In this document: piece after piece, positions 38,739 to 45,439 of the stretch
Numbering within the stretch: the first letter of the stretch is position 1
How the letters are laid out: each line of letters starts with the position of its first letter
Assembly: GCA_964508015.1 (NCBI GenBank)
Contig: CAZDRG010000001.1
Coordinates: forward strand, 1 to 48,292
Source: an uncultured Bdellovibrionales bacterium
Lineage (GTDB): Bacteria > Patescibacteriota > Minisyncoccia > Moranbacterales > UBA1568
Direction: 5' to 3'
Length of the DNA stretch: 48,292 nt
Notes under the pieces: model-generated
Told to the model about the DNA's origin: nothing
Databases searched by the model: none
Seen by the model: the letters and a program-made list of their open reading frames with translations, nothing else
Made by a program: the position numbers and the translations under genes

Positions 38739-40535
38739 TTAAGGACGAGTGATCAAAAGCCTACCTTGAACGCTCTTCACTGAATTCTTCTCATTCATTC
38801 TCTGGAAGTCTAATTCATCGAACACCAATTTTATCTTCAGCTTTCCCTGATTTTTCTCAAAAGTCATATCCTGTAGGCTTACTATCTTGCGCATATTCGG
38901 AGAGAGCGGAGTAATTTCTGGAGTCTGTTGTTGAACAGCGTACTGTGTCAGGAGCTCTTGTGATTTTTCTACGAGATCTACTGTAACTATTACTTTTCCT
39001 CCCTGATCTTTTACTTGCAATACTCCATTCTCGAATGCGATACTCTCCTTCCCCTCACCAGATAAGCAGACATCTCGGCAAGTGAATTGATACAGACGAG
39101 AAAAGCCGCTGATATCGAGAACATCTCTGTACTCAACCTGAAAAACGTACCGCGGACTATCCGCATCTGTCTGATCAGATGCTAAGGTATGTTCCTGTTC
39201 TACGGCATACCCAATACCAAACAAAGCAAATGCTTGCTCAGGATTCAACCCCTCCAAGGAAATTCCCAAACGCATGCCGACCGCATCAAGACCTCGAATA
39301 CTCCAGAGATACTGTATCACCGATCTCAACCGGTATCTCTCATCCGGTGAAATTAAATCCTGATGTTCCTGACTGATGACGCCGTCAACTTGAATCGCAT
39401 TTTTCATCAATAAGAGCTCCAACTGATGTATCTGACTCGTTCGGGCAGCCGAAAAAACACTCAAGGGACCGAAAGAAAATACGAAAATACTCATTGCAGT
39501 CACAAAAAAGAGTAACCGAATATCATCGCGTTTTTTCGTCAAATTGAAAAGAGACACTCCGATCAACCAAATCCCAAACATGATCATCCCTCCCCGATTC
39601 GCGGTCAGTCCATATTCTGAGGCACGGATAATGACTGCGCCAAGAAGCAATGTTGCCAATGGAATAAGCGTAACATAAAAGAACTTTACCATCGGCCGAA
39701 TCCATAATGATTGGTCTCTACGCGGAAAGAGAAAGAAACATATCGCAATTCCCAGTAAGGCGTACCAAAAGACCAGAGTTGATACCATCCCCTTCGGCCA
39801 TTCCCCCAGAAGAAGTATTTTTCCGCCATAGACATACAAGGTGCTCCCATACAGTATGAGCAATGGCACCAAGACATATCTTGAAAAGACCTCAAATGCG
39901 TATGGATAATCACCTGCCACTTCTAGGTGATCTAATTGTTTAGGAATACCCGACAAAAACACGATTGGACTCACGAGCCCAACAATCAGTATCAATATCC
40001 AAAAATACCACTCCTGCTGCATCTTCCAATCGAAAAGAAACTGTGTACTCATTAAGGATATTATAATACCAATAAACAGTGTTCCCGTAGAAATTGCTGT
40101 AAAAAGAAACCTACTTATAAGTTGCCTACAGTACTGCCAAAATCCATTCACTTGTTGATGTAAGAGATACGGTGCTGAAAATATAGCGATGATGCTTACT
40201 ATAAGAAGGCAAAATATCTGCGCAAAATCGATACTTCTCATCATTTCAAATCCTCTCGGGAGAAACCAAAAATATGCTTCTGCAAAAATAACCAAGAGGA
40301 GCCCCACAGCAACGTCTCCTTTCCCGAGTCGCATAGCAAATAAATACCCAGCCAATCCGACAAAAAAGCTCACTCCGCAAACAACCGCGAGCGTTTCAGC
40401 CCACGCTGGCGCTGAACCATCAACGACGTTCACCATTAATCCGGTTGCTATAAACGCAAACAATACCACGACAGGAAACCGAGCGATAACTCCCCGAATG
40501 ATATCGACACTTAATCGAAGAAATACGAGATTCAT
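38739..40535 (-). CDS. large polytopic membrane protein with soluble C-terminal domain (possibly DUF4153-like)
   Basis: 598 aa with more than 10 TM helices followed by a soluble tail of about 200 aa. The family assignment is from memory only. Confidence 0.55.
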   Translation of the reverse strand: MNLVFLRLSVDIIRGVIARFPVVVLFAFIATGLMVNVVDGSAPAWAETLAVVCGVSFFVGLAGYLFAMRLGKGDVAVGLLLVIFAEAYFWFLPRGFEMMRSIDFAQIFCLLIVSIIAIFSAPYLLHQQVNGFWQYCRQLISRFLFTAISTGTLFIGIIISLMSTQFLFDWKMQQEWYFWILILIVGLVSPIVFLSGIPKQLDHLEVAGDYPYAFEVFSRYVLVPLLILYGSTLYVYGGKILLLGEWPKGMVSTLVFWYALLGIAICFFLFPRRDQSLWIRPMVKFFYVTLIPLATLLLGAVIIRASEYGLTANRGGMIMFGIWLIGVSLFNLTKKRDDIRLLFFVTAMSIFVFSFGPLSVFSAARTSQIHQLELLLMKNAIQVDGVISQEHQDLISPDERYRLRSVIQYLWSIRGLDAVGMRLGISLEGLNPEQAFALFGIGYAVEQEHTLASDQTDADSPRYVFQVEYRDVLDISGFSRLYQFTCRDVCLSGEGKESIAFENGVLQVKDQGGKVIVTVDLVEKSQELLTQYAVQQQTPEITPLSPNMRKIVSLQDMTFEKNQGKLKIKLVFDELDFQRMNEKNSVKSVQGRLLITRP

Positions 40536-40610
40536 GTTTCTGTGGTTATCTCTTAATTACCTCTTAATTATACTCCTGAATTGGATTTATACACCACACA
40601 GACAAAAAAA

Positions 40611-40632
40611 GGGCAGGACTTACGTCCTACCC
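40611..40632 (-). terminator. rho-independent terminator after the CxxC gene
   Basis: gggcaggac-ttac-gtcctaccc with a 7-T run on the - strand. Confidence 0.7.
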
Positions 40633-40653
40633 TCTCTTGAATTGTTTCGATGA

Positions 40654-41283
40654 CTACGCTTTCTTTGCCACTGGCTTCTTTTTGGCGACTTTCTTCTCAG
40701 ATACTTCTTCTTCCTTTTTTGTTGCCTTCTTCGTCGTCTTGATATCCGCAACGATGCTTTGTATCGCTTCCTCTACTGCTTCGGTATTGCTCTTCTTCTT
40801 TGATGATTTACTTTCAGGAGCTACTCCTGCATTTTGCGTGCTGAGGATATGCAAGATCTGATCTACTTTCGCGCTGACATCATCTAATTGTCTCTTCAGA
40901 CCATCAATGCGTTTATCCTCCATCGGAGGTTTTGGTGTGGCGAAAGATGGAGTTCGTTCCTGCCGAGAAAAACGAGATTCGCCTCCTCGGTCATCTCGCC
41001 GACCGCGAGTATCTGGAGTTGACCCCCCCTCTGAACCAAAACAATCCCGGCAATAGACAGGACGCTCTCCGCTTGGACGGAAAGGAATCTCGCATGATTT
41101 ATGGCACGAGGAACAAGTCGCAGGAAACATCTCGCGTGGTCCATTATCACGATCACCTCCGCGATTAAAACTTGGTCTTCCCCCACCAAAACTCGGACGT
41201 CCACCACCAAACCCGCCCTCTCTCTTTCCGCCAAAACCTCCAGCTTTTCTGTATTCACCCATAACAATATGTTCACGCTTCAT
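40654..41283 (-). CDS. CxxC-x17-CxxC zinc-ribbon protein with RGG-rich N-terminus and Lys-rich tail
   Basis: CSSCHKSCEIPFRPSGERPVYCRDC, flanked by GGFGG repeats and a KKxxKK tail. Confidence 0.7.
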   Translation of the reverse strand: MKREHIVMGEYRKAGGFGGKREGGFGGGRPSFGGGRPSFNRGGDRDNGPREMFPATCSSCHKSCEIPFRPSGERPVYCRDCFGSEGGSTPDTRGRRDDRGGESRFSRQERTPSFATPKPPMEDKRIDGLKRQLDDVSAKVDQILHILSTQNAGVAPESKSSKKKSNTEAVEEAIQSIVADIKTTKKATKKEEEVSEKKVAKKKPVAKKA

Positions 41284-41418
41284 AAAATTATCTGCACCTA
41301 CTCTAAAACAACAACCCCCTATTTATCGTCTGTTCTTTCGACACTCAAAACAATAACACAAAACTATTAAAATTGCAAATATCTTGAGAATCTCTCTTCC
41401 TCGATTCAGTGACTCAGT

Positions 41419-41463
41419 AAAAAAAGAATGGTCCGCCCGAGTCTGAGAGACTGCGAGCGGACC
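41419..41463 (-). terminator. rho-independent terminator of cassette gene G1
   Basis: ggtccgc...gcggacc stem followed by a T-run on the - strand. Confidence 0.7.
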
Positions 41464-41484
41464 GTGGTGGGTGGCAAGGCGATG

Positions 41485-41799
41485 CTAGCCGACGTCGACA
41501 ATTTCGAAAGTGAAATCGACGTTGCCGATGACAATAATCACCGGCTTGCTAGTCTCCACTTCGACCGAGTCGTGGGGCACCAGCAGATTGTTACCCATGC
41601 GGGCCGTTCCAAGCATCTTAATGCTGGCCGCCGTATCACTTATTGAATTCAGATTCACGATCGCGATGATTTTGGGGAAGGCCGCCGTGATGTACCGATC
41701 GTGTCCGAGAGAATCCCGCTCAAACCGACCGACCGGTTCTGAAAACAACTTCGTGAAATTCTTGCCACCCATTATGGCACTGACTTTCAAAACTTTCAT
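41485..41799 (-). CDS. G+C-rich orphan protein G1 (104 aa)
   Basis: ATG preceded by GGAGG. It has its own promoter and terminator. No family recognised. Confidence 0.55.
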   Translation of the reverse strand: MKVLKVSAIMGGKNFTKLFSEPVGRFERDSLGHDRYITAAFPKIIAIVNLNSISDTAASIKMLGTARMGNNLLVPHDSVEVETSKPVIIVIGNVDFTFEIVDVG

Positions 41800-41861
41800 C
41801 CCTTACCTCCTTCTTGGAATACGTTGAAAAAACGAACTCTTTGCCACACATGTGACTCTAT

Positions 41862-41891
41862 ATGATAGCCATATTATTTATAAAGTGTCAA
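41862..41891 (-). promoter_or_regulatory. candidate promoter TTGACA-N18-TATCAT for G1
   Basis: - strand reads ttgaca ctttataaataatatggc tatcat. Confidence 0.45.
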
Positions 41892-42064
41892 TATCCGCGA
41901 TTAATGACTCAGGCGATTCAGACATTCTTGCACACGCTCAACCGTTCGAGAAAATGACTCCAGTGTCAGAAACCGAATCAAATTTTAACCAACCTCCTAC
42001 AGGAAGAAAATAGGCATTAAATCCTAGAGCTCACCGAAAGAGGCTTTGTTAAGCATCAAATTTC

Positions 42065-42094
42065 AATGCTCCCCCTAGTGGACAGACTTAGAAC
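42065..42094 (-). repeat. 30-nt intergenic element, copy B (followed by degenerate hairpin 42040..42059)
   Basis: - strand GTTCTAAGTCTGTCCACTAGGGGGAGCATT. Confidence 0.6.
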
Positions 42095-42150
42095 GTTTGA
42101 TTGGGGAAATATTGGGAAGATGATAGAAGAAATGGAGCGAGTTTTGGAAT

Positions 42151-42190
42151 AAAAAGAGTCTGAGGCCGCTGGGTGATACCATGCGGCCTC
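42151..42190 (-). terminator. rho-independent terminator of G2
   Basis: gaggccgc / gcggcctc forms an 8-bp stem followed by a T-run on the - strand. Confidence 0.7.
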
Positions 42191-42194
42191 GAAG

Positions 42195-42416
42195 TCACGG
42201 CGACACTGCGGCGACAACGGCTCTGAGAGCCAGAGCCACTTCGTAAGCCGTCGGTTTGCCAGGTAGGGCACCATCAGGGATCAGGTTCTTGTGCACGTCA
42301 TAGCCGCTGCGGCCACCCGTACCAACGATGATGAGTGCCTTGCCGCAGGGCAATACGACGCCACTGCCACCGGGGAACGTAAAGGTATCCCCGTTTTCAA
42401 AATTGATTGTTGCCAT
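42195..42416 (-). CDS. G+C-rich orphan protein G2 (73 aa)
   Basis: ATG with AGGAGG 7 nt upstream; Gly-rich protein (MATINFENGDTFTFPGGSG...). No family recognised. Confidence 0.55.
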   Translation of the reverse strand: MATINFENGDTFTFPGGSGVVLPCGKALIIVGTGGRSGYDVHKNLIPDGALPGKPTAYEVALALRAVVAAVSP

Positions 42417-42496
42417 GAGCAACCTCCTGTGAGATGTGAAACTTTCCCATTCAGCCGGGAACGTGGCTGTTGCTCAGTCAAAACTTGCAACTATAC

Positions 42497-42525
42497 AGTA
42501 TAGCACCTTTCTCAGCCGGTGTCAA
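42497..42525 (-). promoter_or_regulatory. promoter TTGACAcc-N17-TATACT for G2
   Basis: - strand reads ttgaca ccggctgagaaaggtgc tatact. A 13-bp palindrome (42491..42503) overlaps the -10. Confidence 0.6.
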
Positions 42526-42540
42526 TAATAAAACATACAT

Positions 42541-42560
42541 AGAGGTTTACAAAAGCCTCT
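42541..42560 (-). terminator. insulating hairpin (AGAGGCTT-N4-AAGCCTCT family)
   Basis: agaggtttacaaaagcctct lies 15 nt upstream of the G2 -35. Related copies are at 43226, 43957 and 48122, with a degenerate one at 42040. Confidence 0.5.
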
Positions 42561-42568
42561 ATTTAGAA

Positions 42569-42598
42569 GTTGCTCCCCCTAGTGGATAGACTTAGAAC
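42569..42598 (-). repeat. 30-nt intergenic element, copy C
   Basis: - strand GTTCTAAGTCTATCCACTAGGGGGAGCAAC. Confidence 0.6.
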
Positions 42599-42653
42599 TT
42601 TTGATTGGGGAAGTATTAAGAAGATGTTAGTGGAGGTTGATCTCTCTCTTGCC

Positions 42654-42710
42654 AAATAGAAAACCCGCCGTGCAACAAGTGGAGGATCTCCTATGCCTGT
42701 TGAGGCGGGT
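42654..42710 (-). terminator. terminator of G3
   Basis: acccgcc ... ggcgggt stem starting 1 nt after the stop codon, then tttctattt. Confidence 0.55.
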
Positions 42711-42711
42711 G

Positions 42712-43107
42712 CTAGATGAGCGTCTTCAGCCGCTCTTTCACTTGCTCCGGGATTCCGTCGTTTTGCAGAGCGTTGCGGAACCACGCCTCAAAGTAGAGAA
42801 AGTTTTCGCTCAAACCGCTGGGCCTTTGCCAGAACTCTTTGATCGCGCACAGCTCTTGCCACGTGCAAAGGTGGCGATGCTCCACGACCGGCGCCGGGAT
42901 GGTTCCATCAACTCGGGCAACGTCCAGGTTCGTGAACACGTACCCGGAATCGCATGGACGGACGACGAACTCTGACATCTTGCAGATTGCCCGGTAGTGA
43001 TGAGGGTCATCCTCAACATCACGGAAGCAGTACAGCAGCTCAAGTGAGGTATCTGATACCAGTGTCGAGATGCAAAGAGCGCCGAAGGGTGGCGTGAACT
43101 TGATCAT
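42712..43107 (-). CDS. G+C-rich orphan protein G3 (131 aa)
   Basis: ATG (MIKFTPPFG) with a GGAG Shine-Dalgarno sequence. The longer ORF-track start lies inside the promoter/leader. No family recognised. Confidence 0.55.
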   Translation of the reverse strand: MIKFTPPFGALCISTLVSDTSLELLYCFRDVEDDPHHYRAICKMSEFVVRPCDSGYVFTNLDVARVDGTIPAPVVEHRHLCTWQELCAIKEFWQRPSGLSENFLYFEAWFRNALQNDGIPEQVKERLKTLI

Positions 43108-43181
43108 GGCTTTCTCCTGTAAATGTGCTTTCCCTTTCTGCCGGGAACGTGGCCGTTGCTCTAACAAACTTGCAACTATAC

Positions 43182-43210
43182 AGGATAGCACCTTTCTCAG
43201 TCGGTGTCAA
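43182..43210 (-). promoter_or_regulatory. promoter TTGACAcc-N17-TATCCT for G3
   Basis: - strand reads ttgaca ccgactgagaaaggtgc tatcct, nearly identical to the G2 promoter. Confidence 0.55.
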
Positions 43211-43225
43211 TACTAAAACATACAT

Positions 43226-43245
43226 AGAGGCTTACAAAAGCCTCT
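43226..43245 (-). terminator. insulating hairpin (AGAGGCTT family)
   Basis: agaggcttacaaaagcctct lies 15 nt upstream of the G3 -35. Confidence 0.5.
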
Positions 43246-43253
43246 ATTTAGAA

Positions 43254-43283
43254 ATTGCTCCGCGGACTGGACGCTATTAGAAC
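43254..43283 (-). repeat. 30-nt intergenic element, copy D
   Basis: - strand GTTCTAATAGCGTCCAGTCCGCGGAGCAAT. Confidence 0.6.
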
Positions 43284-43345
43284 CTGTTTACAGGGTCAGG
43301 GCTACCAATATATCCCTGACATTGGCTCGGCTTGTAAGTGCTGGC

Positions 43346-43918
43346 TTACTTAGCTATGTCCTTCGCAACAATTCCTGCCTTTACTATTCCCCAGTCAGCA
43401 AAACCATTTGTATTGAGTCGTTCATAAACATTATCAAGCTTACCGAGAAGTTTGGCAAAGTACATGTTTATCGTGTAGCCATGGCCAACCACCAAAATCT
43501 TTTCGTTTTCGTACTGACTATCTAATTCTTCAATTTTCTGAGAAAACCGTCGTAATGCACTTTCGGCTGTTTCCCAGCTATTCACTGATTGTTTGGGATT
43601 CAGCAAACAATACTCCACCGCCTGTTCATATGCTTCGGCTTCCATGAAACCACCCTTATCCCGATTGAGCTCACTTATTTCTTCCAGTTGAATTACTTCT
43701 TTCTCTAACCTATCAGCAATCGGCCTGGCAGTTTGATAGGCTTTTCCCTCTGTCGAAGAAAAAACGATTTCTACCTCATCAAAAACTCCTTCTTGCGCTA
43801 ACTGATTTGCTTGCCCCTCACCAACATCTGAAAGAACCCACTGACTAATAGGGAGTTCTTTATTTACATTGGTTTTCCCATGACGGAGAAAATAAAATGT
43901 ATTGTTCATAGGCTCCAT
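43346..43918 (-). CDS. histidine phosphatase (phosphoglycerate-mutase-like) family protein
   Basis: FYFLRHGKT (RHG motif) near the N-terminus and VVGHG near the C-terminus. AT-rich like the host genes. The start could be 43909. Confidence 0.75.
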   Translation of the reverse strand: MEPMNNTFYFLRHGKTNVNKELPISQWVLSDVGEGQANQLAQEGVFDEVEIVFSSTEGKAYQTARPIADRLEKEVIQLEEISELNRDKGGFMEAEAYEQAVEYCLLNPKQSVNSWETAESALRRFSQKIEELDSQYENEKILVVGHGYTINMYFAKLLGKLDNVYERLNTNGFADWGIVKAGIVAKDIAK

Positions 43919-43956
43919 TATACCAGGTTCTAACCTACATCTGGGGGTATAAAAAA

Positions 43957-43976
43957 TGAGGCTTTAGTAAGCCTCA
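43957..43976 (-). terminator. rho-independent terminator (AGAGGCTT-family hairpin plus T6)
   Basis: - strand reads tgaggcttactaaagcctca tttttt. Confidence 0.65.
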
Positions 43977-43982
43977 AATTTC

Positions 43983-44012
43983 ATTGCTCCGCCTACTGAA
44001 CACTATTAGAAC
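43983..44012 (-). repeat. 30-nt intergenic element, copy E
   Basis: - strand GTTCTAATAGTGTTCAGTAGGCGGAGCAAT. Confidence 0.6.
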
Positions 44013-44085
44013 CTCCATACAAGAGGATAGAGCCTCAAAGTTCTACTACTTCGGGCTAAAGAAGTTTATGGAACAAGGTGTGTAA

Positions 44086-44114
44086 GATTTACTCCACCCT
44101 GCCACTCACTATAT
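44086..44114 (-). repeat. direct repeat, left copy (21-bp perfect core 44094..44114)
   Basis: ccaccctgccactcactatat is identical to 48178..48198. It covers the last codons (IVSGRV-E-stop) of the HTH gene. Confidence 0.75.
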
Positions 44115-44307
44115 TTCCAATTTCATACTCAACCCTTGCAACAATCTGCCTGACCCGCGTCCCGCTGATATGAAATTGGCTACCACACTCATCCAAAGAA
44201 TGCTTTTCGCCATTAGCCAGGCCGTGCCTATACTCAAAAATATCCAAGTATCTCGGCTTGAGCCTCAGCACATTCTTATAAGATTTGTATTCTTCTAGAA
44301 TGTCCAT
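44089..44307 (-). CDS. stand-alone sigma-70 region-4-like HTH protein (72 aa)
   Basis: LDIFEYRHGLANGEKHSLDECGSQFHISGTRVRQIVARVEYEI resembles the region 4.2 pattern (RfGL...tL.EiG..fgvTRERVRQIe). Start taken at MDILEEY, downstream of the Fic stop. Confidence 0.55.
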   Translation of the reverse strand: MDILEEYKSYKNVLRLKPRYLDIFEYRHGLANGEKHSLDECGSQFHISGTRVRQIVARVEYEIGNIVSGRVE

Positions 44308-44323
44308 AGTAAACCAGGCTTCA

Positions 44324-45385
44324 TTACAGCTTCCGATACCTCGTGCTCCGACCTGAACCGATTTTTTCAATCCTCTCCACCTTGAGAAGCCTGGTAAGAG
44401 CTTGGTTGACCGTTGGTCTGACAACTCCAGTCTTCTCCGCAATTTCTGATGGTGTGGCTTCTGAAACACCCTGAATATACTCCCAGACAGCAAGTTGCTT
44501 GGGAGAAAGAAGTTTTTCTATCTGCTCACTTTCCATCAGTTCCAGAGCTAGTTCGGATTGTTTGAGGAGCATCGTGAGAAAAAAATCTAACCAAGGAGTG
44601 ATGTCTTCTTTTTCTGTTCCAAAACTCTTCTGGCTTCTTCGCAAAGCGATGTAATAGTTCTCCTTGTTGTCCTCAATCAGCTTTTCGTGAGAGACATAGG
44701 GCGCATAGGCATAATCCTTTTTGAGTAAGAGAAGATTCGTCAAAACGCGAGAGAGTCTGCCGTTACCATCTTGAAATGGATGGATTCTCAAAAACTCCAC
44801 GATGAAGTTGCCAATCACGAGAAGTGAATGGATTTTCTTCTCTTCCAAAGCAGTGAGTGTAAAGCTCACCAGTTCCTGCATCTTCTTCGGGGTGAGATAG
44901 GCGGGCGTTGTTTCAAAGACAACTCCAATTTCCTTACCCTCTGTATCGAACATTTTGACCAAGTTTTCCCCTTTCTTGTATTCTCCTCGGTGTCGTTCGT
45001 CCTTTTCCACATACTTCAAAAGCTCTTTATGAAAATGCTTGATGGCACTCTCACTGAAAGAGAGGGCTCTCCAGACATCAAAGACATTGCTAAGCAGTTC
45101 ATAATACCCCTGCACTTCCTGCTCGTCTCGACTCTCCCACTTCCCAGGCTTTACGCCCTGAATGAAAGACTCGACTTCTGCATCAGAAAGCTTAGAACCC
45201 TCAATACGAGTGGATGCTCCAGAAGAAGTTACGAGCACTGATTTTTTCAGGCGAATCAAAATCTGGGGACTCAATTTCAGTCCACCAGTCCACCGCCCCT
45301 TGATTTCATCAATTTTTGCTATTTTAGCCCAGATTTCCCCTGGTAAAAGGGTGAATCTAGCTTCAAACTGGCTGTTATTCTCCAT
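44324..45385 (-). CDS. Fic-domain protein with C-terminal winged helix
   Basis: Fic motif HPFQDGNGRLSR, plus a C-terminal wHTH (ATPSEIAEKTGVVRPTVNQALTRLLK). Confidence 0.85.
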   Translation of the reverse strand: MENNSQFEARFTLLPGEIWAKIAKIDEIKGRWTGGLKLSPQILIRLKKSVLVTSSGASTRIEGSKLSDAEVESFIQGVKPGKWESRDEQEVQGYYELLSNVFDVWRALSFSESAIKHFHKELLKYVEKDERHRGEYKKGENLVKMFDTEGKEIGVVFETTPAYLTPKKMQELVSFTLTALEEKKIHSLLVIGNFIVEFLRIHPFQDGNGRLSRVLTNLLLLKKDYAYAPYVSHEKLIEDNKENYYIALRRSQKSFGTEKEDITPWLDFFLTMLLKQSELALELMESEQIEKLLSPKQLAVWEYIQGVSEATPSEIAEKTGVVRPTVNQALTRLLKVERIEKIGSGRSTRYRKL

Positions 45386-45436
45386 AATCTTATATAATAC
45401 TATGACTATATAAGATTATATGAGATTGTATAAGAT
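45386..45436. promoter_or_regulatory. inverted/direct TATAAGAT repeats between the RT stop and the Fic start
   Basis: aatcttatata (45386..45396) and tatataagatt (45407..45417) form a perfect 11-bp inverted repeat. A third tataagat lies at 45429..45436. Confidence 0.4.
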
Positions 45437-45439
45437 AAG

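Noticed and set aside
42120-42152. Ten-residue micro-ORFs on the + strand inside the shared 3' module (MIEEMERVLE at 42120..42152; MIGEIMMVLE at 19569..19601)
   Set aside because: They are too short to judge. The third module copy (42623..) reads MLVEVDLSLAK instead, so the resemblance probably just reflects nucleotide conservation of the repeat. No convincing + strand promoter was seen.
42491-42503. The CTATACTGTATAG palindrome as an E. coli-type LexA box
   Set aside because: It contains TACTGTAT but lacks the CTGT-N8-ACAG geometry. Spacing also differs from the ACTAT-N7-ATAGT repeat upstream of lexA, so no common SOS motif can be claimed.
41419-43283. The cassette array as an integron (attC sites)
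   Set aside because: There is no integrase. The element ends do not fit the RYYYAAC / GTTRRRY core sites (GTTCTAA has pyrimidines where purines are required). Each cassette has its own promoter, unlike typical promoterless integron cassettes.
43913-43918. TGgTATAAT overlapping the first ATG of the histidine phosphatase ORF as evidence for a leaderless mRNA
   Set aside because: This is a single-hexamer coincidence. The alternative start at 43909 is only 9 nt away, and nothing else supports the idea.
42065-44012. The 30-nt GTTCT...GGAGCA elements as a CRISPR array or tracr-like repeats
   Set aside because: The copies are 500-730 bp apart with full genes, promoters and terminators between them. 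Their centres diverge strongly, there are no cas genes in the window, and one copy is isolated 22 kb away.
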